Position numbers and translations under genes: made by a program. The notes under the pieces were generated by a model, which searched no databases, was not told the origin of the DNA, and saw only the letters and a program-made list of their open reading frames with translations. Below, piece by piece: positions 10,550 to 21,258 of a stretch of DNA of 64,000 nucleotides (the first letter of the stretch is position 1; the number at the start of each line of letters is the position of its first letter). The stretch is from IMG/VR virus record IMGVR_UViG_3300033156_000724. One strand, 5' to 3'. The stretch comes from an uncultured virus (IMG/VR IMGVR_UViG_3300033156_000724). Taxonomy: Duplodnaviria > Heunggongvirae > Uroviricota > Caudoviricetes.

Positions 10550-12732
10550 TGTCTACTATAATTACATTTAGCATTGATCATACTAAAATTGACGCTACAT
10601 TAACAGATTTCCCAGTAATGATTAAACTGGATGATTTGAATGATGTTTGGGCTGAAATTGTTTCTAATAATGATCGGAAAAAGCTGAAAGTTAAAACTTC
10701 GCCCGGAGATGTAGAGTGCTATGTTGAAATAGAGCATTTCGATGTTAGCAGCAAAAAAGGTGTCCTGTGGACTAAAATACCTTCTATTTCAAGTTCGGCA
10801 GATACTAAGTTTACCCTTGAAGTTGGCTTGGTTTCGGATAACACATCTTATGTTGGTGATACCGGAGACGCTCCAGCAAAAGATGTATGGGATTCTAATT
10901 TTATTGGCGTTTGGCATATGGCTCAGGACCCGAACGGGGATGTTGCGGATGCCATAAAAGATTCAACAAGCAATAGCAATCACGGCACTCCAGCCGGATC
11001 TATGACTTCTGCTGATTTGATTGATGGGAAGATTGGCAAAGCAATTGATTTTGATGGGGGTGATGACGAGATAAATTGTGGAGTAGACGCATCATTGGAT
11101 CTTACAACAAATTTTACTTTGGAAGCCTCTATTAAAACAGACCATGATTGGGTTCCGTCTAATCAAAAATATTATAACATTCTTGCCAAACATAGTTTGT
11201 TTGCTTCCGGTACTTATGGACTGCGTATTTATGAAAGATCAACAAATTCTGAATTACATGTTCAGTGTGGAACACGCAATAGTGAGAGAGCATCAACTAC
11301 TTTAGCTTTGAAAGATGTATCATTTGCTAATGGTGTCTGGAATCATATAGTTGGGACCATGTTGGAAGCAGGAAAAATCAATCTTTTTATTAATGGTGTG
11401 GAAGATTGGGATGCCCAAGATGATGCTATAATTATAAACAATATTACAGGAGAACCACTAAAGATTGGATCATCTACTATTGAGGATGCTGCTGATTTAA
11501 GATGGAAAGATCAAATAGATGAAGTACGAATTTCAGATATTGCTCGTTCTGCTGCCTGGATAAAAGCTACATACTATAGTAATTGGGACATGCTTATTAC
11601 GATACCAGCTCCTGTAGCAGCATTCACATCGGACGAAACTGGTGGTGAGATTCCTTTAACTATTAACTTTACCGATCAAACAACCGGGGACGTGACTTCT
11701 TGGAGCTGGTCTTTCGGAGATGGTGGAGTTAGTGAGCTTCAAAATCCAAGTCATGAATACACTATTGCCGGCACATACACTGTCAGTCTCACCGTGACTA
11801 GCCCCGGTGGTGAAGACACGGAAACTAAGGTTGATTATATTACTGTTACGGCTCCCCCGGCGCCAGTGGCAGAGTTTACAACAGATGAAACCAGTGGGGT
11901 GGTTCCGCTCACAGTGAATTTTACCGATCAAACAACCGGAAATGTAACTTCTTGGAGCTGGTCTTTTGGAGATGGCGGAGTTAGTGAGCTTCAAAATCCA
12001 AGTCATACTTATTATGATGCTGGTGTATACACCGTTAGTCTTACCGCAACCGGCCCAGGTGGCTCTGATAAAGTCTCCAAAACCATAACAGCAATAGCAA
12101 CTGGTGATGTTGATGGTTTTGATACACTCAGGGGAAAATATATTTTCTCTAAGTTTCCTTATTGGTCATGGAATCCGCAAGAAGATTTTTACCATAAAAA
12201 TGATGCTTTTAATCCGATTGGTTTGTCCTTTGATGAAGAAATAGTTCAATACCCAAGGTATCAATCTGCATTCAGGCTTATTTATAATACCAAGGCACTA
12301 ATTAGTTTGATAAATAAATTCTTCGATTATCATTTAGGGCAATTAACAGCTTTATGGTTTCCATCATTTAAAAACGATTTTGTTCTGACATCCGATATCG
12401 GGGCGAGCGACACCATACTCAATATTGAAGATATAAAATACGATAATTTTTATCCGCAGACACCCGGAACAGGCCGCTACATCTTCATATACGTTAATGA
12501 CAACACATGGTTTGTGAGAAAGGTTATTGAAGCTCCGACATCAACATCCTTATTAATAGACAGAGCGCTTGAAATGAATATATCAGTATCACAAATTAAG
12601 ACGATTTCCATTTTGTATTTGGGTCGATTTAGTATCGATGAAATAGAATGGACATATATTACTCCTGATGTCGCTTATACTACATTGTATTTTGTTGAAC
12701 TACCAGAAGAATATGCAAATTTACCGTGGTGA
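10546..12732 (+). CDS. Tail protein with DUF2341-like, LamG-like and two PKD domains
   Basis: LTDFPV...LWTKIP; LamG WNHIVG and IDEVRIS; two SWSWSFGDG PKD repeats; C-terminal ~200 aa shared with the next gene. Confidence 0.8.
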   Translation: MMSTIITFSIDHTKIDATLTDFPVMIKLDDLNDVWAEIVSNNDRKKLKVKTSPGDVECYVEIEHFDVSSKKGVLWTKIPSISSSADTKFTLEVGLVSDNTSYVGDTGDAPAKDVWDSNFIGVWHMAQDPNGDVADAIKDSTSNSNHGTPAGSMTSADLIDGKIGKAIDFDGGDDEINCGVDASLDLTTNFTLEASIKTDHDWVPSNQKYYNILAKHSLFASGTYGLRIYERSTNSELHVQCGTRNSERASTTLALKDVSFANGVWNHIVGTMLEAGKINLFINGVEDWDAQDDAIIINNITGEPLKIGSSTIEDAADLRWKDQIDEVRISDIARSAAWIKATYYSNWDMLITIPAPVAAFTSDETGGEIPLTINFTDQTTGDVTSWSWSFGDGGVSELQNPSHEYTIAGTYTVSLTVTSPGGEDTETKVDYITVTAPPAPVAEFTTDETSGVVPLTVNFTDQTTGNVTSWSWSFGDGGVSELQNPSHTYYDAGVYTVSLTATGPGGSDKVSKTITAIATGDVDGFDTLRGKYIFSKFPYWSWNPQEDFYHKNDAFNPIGLSFDEEIVQYPRYQSAFRLIYNTKALISLINKFFDYHLGQLTALWFPSFKNDFVLTSDIGASDTILNIEDIKYDNFYPQTPGTGRYIFIYVNDNTWFVRKVIEAPTSTSLLIDRALEMNISVSQIKTISILYLGRFSIDEIEWTYITPDVAYTTLYFVELPEEYANLPW

Positions 12733-12738
12733 ATTATA

Positions 12739-14169
12739 ATGGGTTTTGTTGGAACCAAATGGAATTCTGCTGATAAAGCATCGGACATAACTCTATCTGA
12801 CGGTGATTTAACGGTTTCCGGTAACTCCAGTGGATTTGTTCGTACAGTAGATGGTAAATCCAGTGGTAAATGGTATTGGGAAATTACTATTTCTGCCAGA
12901 GGAGATTATGATAGCCCGAGAATTGGAATTGCTACAATAGGCGCTGATCGTGATGATGATCTTGGCAAGACTGATAGTTGGGTGTTTTATGGCTATGATG
13001 CTACTAAGTCTATAAGAATGACCAATTCAAATAGTTATTTTTATTGCGGCGGCATAAGTGTATCTGATATTATTGGAACTGCGCTTGATCTTGATGCAGG
13101 TAAAATTTGGTGGTCGATAAATGGAGTGTGGTGCGAAGGTGGAGATCCAGCCGCCGGGACTGGTGAAGCATATTCAGGTATCAGCGGAACTATTCATCCT
13201 GCTCACCAACCTGCTAGTCCATCTTCAACATGTACTGCTAATTTTGGAAATTCAGCATTAACATATTCACCTCCCTCCGGGTTTACTGCTGGTTTTGGCG
13301 AGGAAGTGCCTCCCCCTACAGCAGCGTTTACATCAGACAAAACCAGCGGTGAGATTCCGTTGACTATTAATTTTACAGACCAAACAACTGGAAATGTAAC
13401 TTCTTGGAGTTGGTCTTTTGGAGATGGCGGGGATAGCGAGCTTCAAAATCCAAGTTATGAATACACTAAAGTAGGTATATATACTGTTGTTCTTACAGCA
13501 ACTGGGCCTGGTGGCTCCAGCCAGGACTCAGGGACCATCACGGCGATGCCGGTTGGTATTAGCGGGTTTGGAACATATAGAGGGAAGCATATTTTTACTA
13601 AAATTCCTCACTGGTCCGAAAACCCGCAGGAAAACTTTTATCGCAAGGATGATGTTTTTGCTCCAATTGGTTTTTCATTTACTGAAGAGGTGGTTTCGTG
13701 TTCAAGATATAAAACCATGTTTAAATATAGTTGCCACATGAAATCTCATATCGCAGCGGTTAATGAATTCTTCGATTATCATTTGGGGCAATTAGTATCA
13801 CTATGGTTTCCATCATCTAAAAATGATTTTATTCTGACATCTGATATCGGGGCGACAGACACTACGCTTAATATTGAAGATGTTGAGTATAATGATTTCT
13901 ATTCGCAACTTTCAGGTACGGGGCACCATATTTTTATATATGTGAATGTTAATACCTGGTTTGCGAGAAAGATTGTCGGGGCTCCGACATCAACATCTTT
14001 GTTAATAGATGAAGCGCTTGGAGTAAACGTGCTAATGTCACAAGTTAAAATGATTTCCATCTTATATTTAGGTAGGTTTGATATGGATGAAATAGAATGG
14101 ACATACATCACTCCTGATGTTGCTTCTACCAAGCTAAGTTTTGTTGAATTACCGGAGGAATACGTATGA
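12739..14169 (+). CDS. Tail protein with SPRY-like and PKD domains
   Basis: SSGKWYWEI and IGTALDLDAGKIWW (SPRY); SWSWSFGDG (PKD); paralogous C-terminus. Confidence 0.8.
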   Translation: MGFVGTKWNSADKASDITLSDGDLTVSGNSSGFVRTVDGKSSGKWYWEITISARGDYDSPRIGIATIGADRDDDLGKTDSWVFYGYDATKSIRMTNSNSYFYCGGISVSDIIGTALDLDAGKIWWSINGVWCEGGDPAAGTGEAYSGISGTIHPAHQPASPSSTCTANFGNSALTYSPPSGFTAGFGEEVPPPTAAFTSDKTSGEIPLTINFTDQTTGNVTSWSWSFGDGGDSELQNPSYEYTKVGIYTVVLTATGPGGSSQDSGTITAMPVGISGFGTYRGKHIFTKIPHWSENPQENFYRKDDVFAPIGFSFTEEVVSCSRYKTMFKYSCHMKSHIAAVNEFFDYHLGQLVSLWFPSSKNDFILTSDIGATDTTLNIEDVEYNDFYSQLSGTGHHIFIYVNVNTWFARKIVGAPTSTSLLIDEALGVNVLMSQVKMISILYLGRFDMDEIEWTYITPDVASTKLSFVELPEEYV

Positions 14170-14993
14170 GAACATCACCATCGACCGACTATACAGGATA
14201 TGAGGAAGGATCAGAACGTCGGCCAGCGGAATTATACCATATCTGGAGAGGTGAAAGTAACTGGTATTATACCAGCGGCCGTAAAAATATTTCGTACGGT
14301 GGTAATACATACACCCATGCCCCTATTCAGAGAGGAGCAATTCAGCATGATTCCGAAATTAATGCGTCAACAGTCGATATTGATTGTGCCAGAATCATGC
14401 CTCCGTTAGATGAATATACAACGTACAATCTTGTGGATGTAATATGGATTACGGTTTATAATGTTTTCTGGAATCAAGATCCAATTGAAGCTATTCCAAT
14501 ATTCTCGGGTATGGTTGAAAAAACCACTAACCAGGGTCCAGCAACTCGCATGCATTGCGTGTCTCTGGAATATTTATTAAACAGAAACATCCCACGATAT
14601 CGGTATCAATCGGGCTGCAATCATACTCTCTACGGCGATCGTTGTGGTATAATAGAGGCAGACTATCAAACAACAGCGACAGTCGATGCAATAAGCACTA
14701 ATCAATTTACACTGACCCTTTCTGGCGCTACGTTTGAAAGCAATGCTTCACCGTATTATCTGTACGGGAATGTATATTTTGGGAGTCACTTACGCATGAT
14801 CGTCGGCCATACCGGTTTAACTATTACGATGAGATATGCAATCGAACCCCTGCAAGTTGGCGATGAAGTTCTGGTATCCGCAGGTTGCGACAAAACCAAA
14901 GAAACATGTTATACAAAATTTAATAACATCGATAATTTTTTTGGATTTCCGTATATTCAGTTTAAAAACCCAATTCTAAAGGCGGCAATGTGA
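14166..14993 (+). CDS. Tail hub protein (DUF2163/BR0599 family)
   Basis: CNHTLYGDRC...AGCDKTKETC..KFNN..NFFGFPYI motif. Confidence 0.85.
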   Translation: MRTSPSTDYTGYEEGSERRPAELYHIWRGESNWYYTSGRKNISYGGNTYTHAPIQRGAIQHDSEINASTVDIDCARIMPPLDEYTTYNLVDVIWITVYNVFWNQDPIEAIPIFSGMVEKTTNQGPATRMHCVSLEYLLNRNIPRYRYQSGCNHTLYGDRCGIIEADYQTTATVDAISTNQFTLTLSGATFESNASPYYLYGNVYFGSHLRMIVGHTGLTITMRYAIEPLQVGDEVLVSAGCDKTKETCYTKFNNIDNFFGFPYIQFKNPILKAAM

Positions 14994-15481
14994 TGCGTTG
15001 GTATTTTGAAGATATAAACAGGCAATTACGATTAAAGGCTATTATTGATTCATGGATAGGCACGCCATTTAGGCATAGATGCGCTGTTAAGGGCAAACAG
15101 GGCGGAGTGGACTGTATTCATTTTGTTGCTGAGGTTTTTAAGGAACTGGGCGTAATTCAAGATTATACTGTGCCTGAATATGAGCATGATTGGCATCTTC
15201 ATAAATCTGAGGAAAAATTACTCCGTAGCATTTTTAAATTTGCTGAGGCTCTAAAAGATAAAGGTTCTTTGAAAAATGTTGGGTTTAATGATCCGAAAAA
15301 CGGAGATATTATTATGTTTCAGTTTGGAAGAACTGTATCGCATGCTTCGATTTATTATGACAAACGCATTTATCAGTCCTTAACAGGCATGCGTGTTGAA
15401 CCAAGACCGTTCCATGATAAATCAACTGATTTTAGAAAAAAATATGAATTTAGAATTTTCGAAAGGATTACTACGCCATGA
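14990..15481 (+). CDS. NlpC/P60 tail-associated peptidase
   Basis: WIGTPFRH, GVDCIHFV, SHASIY. Confidence 0.85.
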   Translation: MMRWYFEDINRQLRLKAIIDSWIGTPFRHRCAVKGKQGGVDCIHFVAEVFKELGVIQDYTVPEYEHDWHLHKSEEKLLRSIFKFAEALKDKGSLKNVGFNDPKNGDIIMFQFGRTVSHASIYYDKRIYQSLTGMRVEPRPFHDKSTDFRKKYEFRIFERITTP

Positions 15482-16416
15482 GTGGTTTATGGGGAAATAT
15501 GGGGATAGCCACTATGATAGGAGCCGTAGCATTTTTTGCAAGTGGCGGTAATCCTTATGTTGGCATGTTAGCATTTACTTTAACGGCTGGCGTTATGTCA
15601 TACATAAATCCGGTTACTCCGGATATTGACTCCCCTGGCCAACCTGAGATCGGCGAGTTTAGAATATCATCAGCTACAGAGGGAGCTGTGATTCCCGATC
15701 TTCTTGGAACTACAAAATGCACCGGAAATATTTTTTATTATTTTGGTGAACGAGCTGTAGAGCAGACCGAAACAGCAGAAGGTGGAAAGGGGATGGGTAG
15801 CAGTCAAGAATATGTTACTGGATACAAATATTATTTATCATGGTGCATGGGGATGTGTTTAGGTCCTGTAGATACGCTATATTCAGTATATGCCGGCGAA
15901 GAATTAGTGTGGAATGGAGTTTTAGAAGTAAATGAATTTGGTTACGAAACCATCACTCTTGATAATTTAGGGTCCATGACTTTTTATTTTGGGACCGACA
16001 ATCAACCTGCAAATGATACTGTTGGTGAGTCTTTAATTGACCCTAACTTAAATCCAGCATATAGAGGGCTTTGTTATGCATTCTTTGATGATGTTTGTGT
16101 TGGGCGAACTCCAAGTTGTCCTGTTATGCGGTTTGTTTTAGGTAAAAGACCGAAGTTTGGATTTAATATTGATGAAGAAATTGGATTGGATTGTAATCCG
16201 GCTCATGCAATATGTCATATTCTTACTGATGAAATGTTGGTTGGTTTGGATGAAAGCATGGTAGATAATACTACGTTTTCTGATGTTGCTGATACTGCAT
16301 ACAATGAAGGTCGAGGTATCAGTTTATTAATGGACATGCAACAACCAGCAACTACATATATTGAATCTATATTAACCCATGTTGGAGGAATGTTAAGCAG
16401 TAGCGCTGACGATTAA
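15478..16416 (+). CDS. Central tail / host-specificity protein, N-terminal piece
   Basis: EGAVIPDLLGT, GYKYYLS, PAYRGLC and NPAHAI motifs. Confidence 0.75.
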   Translation: MSGLWGNMGIATMIGAVAFFASGGNPYVGMLAFTLTAGVMSYINPVTPDIDSPGQPEIGEFRISSATEGAVIPDLLGTTKCTGNIFYYFGERAVEQTETAEGGKGMGSSQEYVTGYKYYLSWCMGMCLGPVDTLYSVYAGEELVWNGVLEVNEFGYETITLDNLGSMTFYFGTDNQPANDTVGESLIDPNLNPAYRGLCYAFFDDVCVGRTPSCPVMRFVLGKRPKFGFNIDEEIGLDCNPAHAICHILTDEMLVGLDESMVDNTTFSDVADTAYNEGRGISLLMDMQQPATTYIESILTHVGGMLSSSADD

Positions 16417-16418
16417 TT

Positions 16419-16886
16419 ATGGCACATTCATTTAAACTTTCTTTGTTGCGCGGAACAATCAGCTTGGATGATATTCCGGATGTTCCGGATAAGGCATTAA
16501 CAGGGCCGCCAACAATTTCACGAGCATCGCTGATAAAATGTATTAATGATGTCAGATTAAATTTTGCATTGAGAGTAAATACATATATGTCAGGAGAAAT
16601 TGTTGATCCTCTCGAATGGGATTATGAAGAAAGTGATAAGTCTATTAATCCAGGCGAATCATGCAATATTGCTGTAATTGGAGATGGCACTCCATTTATG
16701 TGGGAAATTAAAGCTGACGGGTTTTTCCTCGATGCTGACCACTTAACGCAATCAGGAGAAACCACAGAGGTATCAAGGACTCTCTATTGCGATGAAAATG
16801 CTTATGGGTCATGCGCTATTAAAGTCACTGACACTAACGGTTTAAATACTTTTGGATATGTAACCTGCACGAAAGATTGGATATGA
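16419..16886 (+). CDS. Central tail protein middle piece, variant A
   Basis: N-terminus SFKLSLLR...INDVRLNF is paralogous to 18256-19578. Confidence 0.55.
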   Translation: MAHSFKLSLLRGTISLDDIPDVPDKALTGPPTISRASLIKCINDVRLNFALRVNTYMSGEIVDPLEWDYEESDKSINPGESCNIAVIGDGTPFMWEIKADGFFLDADHLTQSGETTEVSRTLYCDENAYGSCAIKVTDTNGLNTFGYVTCTKDWI

Positions 16887-18253
16887 ATATTAGAGAAGCG
16901 GTAGTAATGTCTGAAGACACCGCAAGCAAACAAGCAGTGGGTGTTAATCATAAATCTGTTCGATTTATGATGTTTACAAATGTTCAGAATGCTCAGTGGG
17001 CGGCGGACAGGATAATATCTGAAAGTTCGTATCCACTGGCTACTGTTGCGTTTGAAAGCAATAGGAAATTATTTCGATATCTACCAGGCGATGTCGTAAA
17101 ATTAACTTATAGCAGATACTCAGAAAGTATTATTTGTAGAATAACAAACATCCATGAAGAAGATTTATTAACAGGCAAAATTATTGTATCCGCCATAGAA
17201 GACGCAAATTATGCTGGAAGACTGCCTATTAGCGGAACTTCACCTGTTTCAGATGACCCACCGGACCCCGTTGCCGTAGTCCCGTTAACTCATTTCGGAA
17301 TTATGGAAGCGCCATATGCTGTCTGCGGAGATGATATTCAGATAATCGTAACCGCTGCCAGAGAGGTTGGTGTTGAAGTCGGATATTTATTATACATGTC
17401 TCTGGATGGATCTACATATACTGAAATCAAGAATGTTCATAAATTTGCAACACACGGAGTTTTGGCATCTGAGTATCCCGCAGAAACTAATATTATAGAT
17501 GACGATACGGGTTTTGATATTACTGTAACCATGGATTCAAGTTTTTTACAAAGTTGCTCCAGAAATCAATTATTTACAGCCACGAATATGGCAATCCTTG
17601 GTGAAGAAATTATTACGTTTCAAACTGTTACTCCTTATGGGGTTGACAATAAATATAAAATAGAAGGTATTTATAGGATGAGGTTTGGAACTCGTCAAGT
17701 TACTCACAACATCGGGGAGGACTTTTATTTTGTTGGCACAAGCAAATATGAGGTTGTGGAGAACGTTGAATTTAATATGGGTACTACTTTATATTTTAAA
17801 GTAGTCCCGTATTCAACAACTACATCGGGGAGTATTGCTGATGCTGAGGCAGAAGAAATCACTTTTACCGGATTCGCAAGAGAGCCCTACGATCCGACTA
17901 ATTTAACCGTGAATGATGTGGCTGTTAATCCGTCATACACCACCGATTGTGATCTTGCATGGAATCCAAGAGTAAGAGGTGTTGGCGCAGGGCTTGAGAA
18001 CCCGGATTATTATACCGATGAAGAAGATGTATGGGAAGGATTATTTGAAGTGCAAGTTTATGTTTCGGATGCGCTGGTAAGAACCGTAACTGATATTGAC
18101 AATGATCATTTTATATACACTGAAGCTATGAATATATCTGATAACGGAAGTTTAGCTAGTAAGATTGATTTTAAGCTTAGGAATTATATTGATGCGGGCG
18201 GTGGACAGATTTTTTATTCTGACTGGGTATTAATAACCGCTATAAAGGTATAG
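16877..18253 (+). CDS. Central tail / host-specificity protein, C-terminal piece
   Basis: YLPGDVVKL, EAPY, EIITFQ...IYRMRFGT motifs; FN3-like end. Confidence 0.7.
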   Translation: MDMNIREAVVMSEDTASKQAVGVNHKSVRFMMFTNVQNAQWAADRIISESSYPLATVAFESNRKLFRYLPGDVVKLTYSRYSESIICRITNIHEEDLLTGKIIVSAIEDANYAGRLPISGTSPVSDDPPDPVAVVPLTHFGIMEAPYAVCGDDIQIIVTAAREVGVEVGYLLYMSLDGSTYTEIKNVHKFATHGVLASEYPAETNIIDDDTGFDITVTMDSSFLQSCSRNQLFTATNMAILGEEIITFQTVTPYGVDNKYKIEGIYRMRFGTRQVTHNIGEDFYFVGTSKYEVVENVEFNMGTTLYFKVVPYSTTTSGSIADAEAEEITFTGFAREPYDPTNLTVNDVAVNPSYTTDCDLAWNPRVRGVGAGLENPDYYTDEEDVWEGLFEVQVYVSDALVRTVTDIDNDHFIYTEAMNISDNGSLASKIDFKLRNYIDAGGGQIFYSDWVLITAIKV

Positions 18254-18255
18254 GA

Positions 18256-19578
18256 ATGGCAACATCATTTAAATTAAAACTTTTCAGAGATGATATTAAT
18301 ATTGAGGATATCCCTGAAATATCTAATGACAACGCAATTATAGGCGCTCCGTCATTTAAAAGAGACCAGGCAAGTAATATTAATGATGTTCGAGTCAATT
18401 ATAGTCATGCAGACCCATGCCCTGAATCTAACATCATATTTGTTGCTACAGGGGGCGGGACAGTGTGTACCTTTGAAATAGGAGATTATTCCCATAATGT
18501 AGGCACTATACTTGACAGCGTTGAGTATGACGTTTATTCGCAAGCTGGATATGAAGCTTCGAAATTTAGTCAAATTATTCATGCATCTGGTAATATTTAT
18601 GTAATTGTTTACCGTAGCAGAAATGCCTATAATTACATCCAAACGTTACATATAGGTGACGGGACAAACGATGACAAAGGTATTATTACTCTGATCGAGG
18701 ATTTGCGCATAGCTGATTGTGCTTATTCTGGTGGAGTAATCAAAACTTCTCCTGGTCATTTTACAACTCCGTATGCTATTCGTTACGGATCACTACAATA
18801 TTGTACATTTACAATTGATGATGACGGCGCAATTGCTAATAATAGTGTATCAAATATTTGGCCCAACGGAGCTACTGGACAGGTTCTTCCCGGAGCTATG
18901 TGCTGCGATAAACTTTTTTTCTCCGGGCCGGAGCCAGATCATTGGGTGCCAGGCGCTTTATGTATATGTGATTTACCACCAATTTGGTATTTAGCAGGTG
19001 AGCCGCCTACTTGGCATTTAAGATACGAAGAAATTGAACCAATAGATACTGCATTATATGGCAGGATGGTAGAGGTTGATAGTCGTACCAATCTTGGGGA
19101 TATAAAAGTTTTATATTATAAAAGGCTTGACCCAACTCGTTTCACTATGACTATCCCTGGTTATGACAAAATAGATATTGAAACATCAATCGATGTTGAT
19201 CCTTATTATGCCAGTGCACTTAGTTTGGAAGGTTATCCAAAAATTGCAGTTGCGTATACTGTATCTGGATATTACCCTCTACGATTAAAAACTTATTATG
19301 TATATGTAACGCAAGTTAGCGGATTTTGGGTAGCCCAATTAATATCATCCGATTCCAAAACTTTTCCTCCTGAGGATTCAGGATTTAGTTCTATGCAAAC
19401 AGTTATAACACATAAAAACAGGGATAAATATTTAATCGGAGTTGGTCGCTATGTTCATACTATCAGGATAAAGAATGACGGAACAATAGGTGATCCTCTT
19501 AATACAATAGATTTCGGTAGTATTATCAGCTTAAATCATATTCTTAAAATAGAGCTGCCTGAAATACCAGAGGAGTAA
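18256..19578 (+). CDS. Central tail protein middle piece, variant B, with a long putative receptor-binding extension
   Basis: N-terminus SFKLKLFRDD...INDVRVNY followed by ~380 aa of unique beta-rich sequence. Confidence 0.55.
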   Translation: MATSFKLKLFRDDINIEDIPEISNDNAIIGAPSFKRDQASNINDVRVNYSHADPCPESNIIFVATGGGTVCTFEIGDYSHNVGTILDSVEYDVYSQAGYEASKFSQIIHASGNIYVIVYRSRNAYNYIQTLHIGDGTNDDKGIITLIEDLRIADCAYSGGVIKTSPGHFTTPYAIRYGSLQYCTFTIDDDGAIANNSVSNIWPNGATGQVLPGAMCCDKLFFSGPEPDHWVPGALCICDLPPIWYLAGEPPTWHLRYEEIEPIDTALYGRMVEVDSRTNLGDIKVLYYKRLDPTRFTMTIPGYDKIDIETSIDVDPYYASALSLEGYPKIAVAYTVSGYYPLRLKTYYVYVTQVSGFWVAQLISSDSKTFPPEDSGFSSMQTVITHKNRDKYLIGVGRYVHTIRIKNDGTIGDPLNTIDFGSIISLNHILKIELPEIPEE

Positions 19579-19581
19579 TAT

Positions 19582-20025
19582 ATGGCAACGGACAAGTACG
19601 GACTAGTAACAGTTGATTTTGGAACAACAGGCTGGAACGGAATTCTTAAAACTTCCATCGAACAAATTGATGCGTATATGCAAACATATGCCAGGTTCAA
19701 GGTTGGTCCTGCTGCATCAATAGCGCCGTATAAACCGGTATGTTTGCAAGATGGCGTATGGGAGCTTGCCAAAGAAGGCACAAACCAGATGCCTGTTGTT
19801 GGTATTTCCATAGAACCTTCGACAAAAACCAGTGGGGAGTATTTGCGTGCTCAAAGAGCCGGCTTAGTCACCAATACTGACTGGTCGTGGAACCCTCCAT
19901 CTGGGGAAATATGGTGCAATTCAGACGGAGATCTGGTGCAAAATATTTCTGGTGAAGAATGGATGACTCGCCAGGCACGAGTTGGATGTGTGCATAGCGC
20001 TACAAAAATATTCGTGCAGCTATGA
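19582..20025 (+). CDS. Putative small virion/tail protein
   Basis: End of the tail operon; beta-rich. Confidence 0.4.
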   Translation: MATDKYGLVTVDFGTTGWNGILKTSIEQIDAYMQTYARFKVGPAASIAPYKPVCLQDGVWELAKEGTNQMPVVGISIEPSTKTSGEYLRAQRAGLVTNTDWSWNPPSGEIWCNSDGDLVQNISGEEWMTRQARVGCVHSATKIFVQL

Positions 20026-20369
20026 TTGTGAATGACTTAAATTTGGTAATAGAAGCTTTGGTTGAATTCAAAGAACAAACCGATGCCGGCAACGCTAATA
20101 TTGATGGATGTCCTTTTAGTCTTATGGAAAACTTTACCAAAAGTGGTTATGTAGGTCCGTTCTGGAAGTGCAGCGTATGTAGATTTCTGTTCCCAGAAAT
20201 CAGAACAAATAATATTTATGCCACAGAGGGGTGCCCGTGTCAGAAATTGGGTTGTGATTATGTTAGAAACATTGTCTATGAGTTTCTATATGACATTGAT
20301 ATTCTTCATCAATATCAGATTGCTTGTTCAGATAATGTTGAGCACACAAAAACCGGTTGCCTTTCATAA
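20022..20369 (+). CDS. Cys-rich hypothetical protein
   Basis: ATGA-coupled to the previous gene; last + strand gene of the operon. Confidence 0.45.
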   Translation: MIVNDLNLVIEALVEFKEQTDAGNANIDGCPFSLMENFTKSGYVGPFWKCSVCRFLFPEIRTNNIYATEGCPCQKLGCDYVRNIVYEFLYDIDILHQYQIACSDNVEHTKTGCLS

Positions 20370-20565
20370 CCTGATTTTTACATCCTGGAACACTGCATAT
20401 TTTACGGGTTTTTTTATGATCGTGGTATCTTAATTTAATTTCATTGTATCGACATTCAATGCAACAATATTTTTGATTGCTCTGCTTGGGAATAAAGATT
20501 GTATCGCAATTTCTAGCTGCGCATATTTTCGATGTTGGAGACATTTTGTTATCCTTTATTTCCAT
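20263..20565 (-). CDS. Zinc-finger hypothetical protein
   Basis: CAARNC, YCCIEC and CSVPGC motifs. Confidence 0.55.
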   Translation of the reverse strand: MEIKDNKMSPTSKICAARNCDTIFIPKQSNQKYCCIECRYNEIKLRYHDHKKTRKICSVPGCKNQVMKGNRFLCAQHYLNKQSDIDEEYQCHIETHRQCF

Positions 20566-20879
20566 GGTGATTTTCTTTTTTCAAACTTGGGACATTGATA
20601 GCACTTCATATCTTCACCACCATGTTTGGTTAATGCAGCCTTACTCAGGCAATCATGATAGTGAATGCACAATTCTGATGCATAAATCCTGGCTTTAGTA
20701 TTTAGCGCTACACTCGTTATTTTTGTTTTTTTGCGTGTTAATTGATGATTCTGCCTTCTTAATTCTGCGCATTTAATACATCGACCGAACTTTTTATATC
20801 GCAAACTTTTGCCGGTATTTTTATAATCGTGACCATGAACACATAACTTACCCAAATATTTATTGTCATCAATTTTCAT
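20556..20879 (-). CDS. Cys-rich hypothetical protein
   Basis: YLGKLCVHGH...CIKC. Confidence 0.55.
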   Translation of the reverse strand: MKIDDNKYLGKLCVHGHDYKNTGKSLRYKKFGRCIKCAELRRQNHQLTRKKTKITSVALNTKARIYASELCIHYHDCLSKAALTKHGGEDMKCYQCPKFEKRKSPWK

Positions 20880-21258
20880 TTTTTTTGTATATACCCTTTT
20901 CTTTAATCAGATAATCATTCACCATATCAAATCGAATTTTTTCATCGGTATCGCAAATCATGTCGAGCAGCGTGGCCCACCTATTAGCAACTGCGAACCG
21001 TTTTCGTTCTTCGGACAAAGTGTTTTGAAGCATATGGATTGTTGTATTTAAAGTTTCGGTTCTAAGTTTCAATACCTTGGTTGCTTTTTTATGATCAGGC
21101 ATACTTATAAATACAGAGTAAATCCCGATGCAACAAAAACCCAATATCGCTACGATAGTTGCCAGAATTGCAGCATTCGCAATGAATGTAATTCGTTTTT
21201 TGTAAGTCTCAGCTCTTGTTAAATAGCTCATATTATCATCTCCTTTTCGGCCATTCAA
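20869..21258 (-). CDS. Membrane-anchored hypothetical protein
   Basis: One hydrophobic segment followed by a coiled coil. Confidence 0.5.
   Translation of the reverse strand: MNGRKGDDNMSYLTRAETYKKRITFIANAAILATIVAILGFCCIGIYSVFISMPDHKKATKVLKLRTETLNTTIHMLQNTLSEERKRFAVANRWATLLDMICDTDEKIRFDMVNDYLIKEKGIYKKNEN

Noticed and set aside
12120..14165. Diversity-generating retroelement TR/VR pair in the duplicated tail C-termini
   Set aside because: Both copies are coding, the differences include many C/T changes rather than adenine-only ones, and no reverse transcriptase is present in the window.
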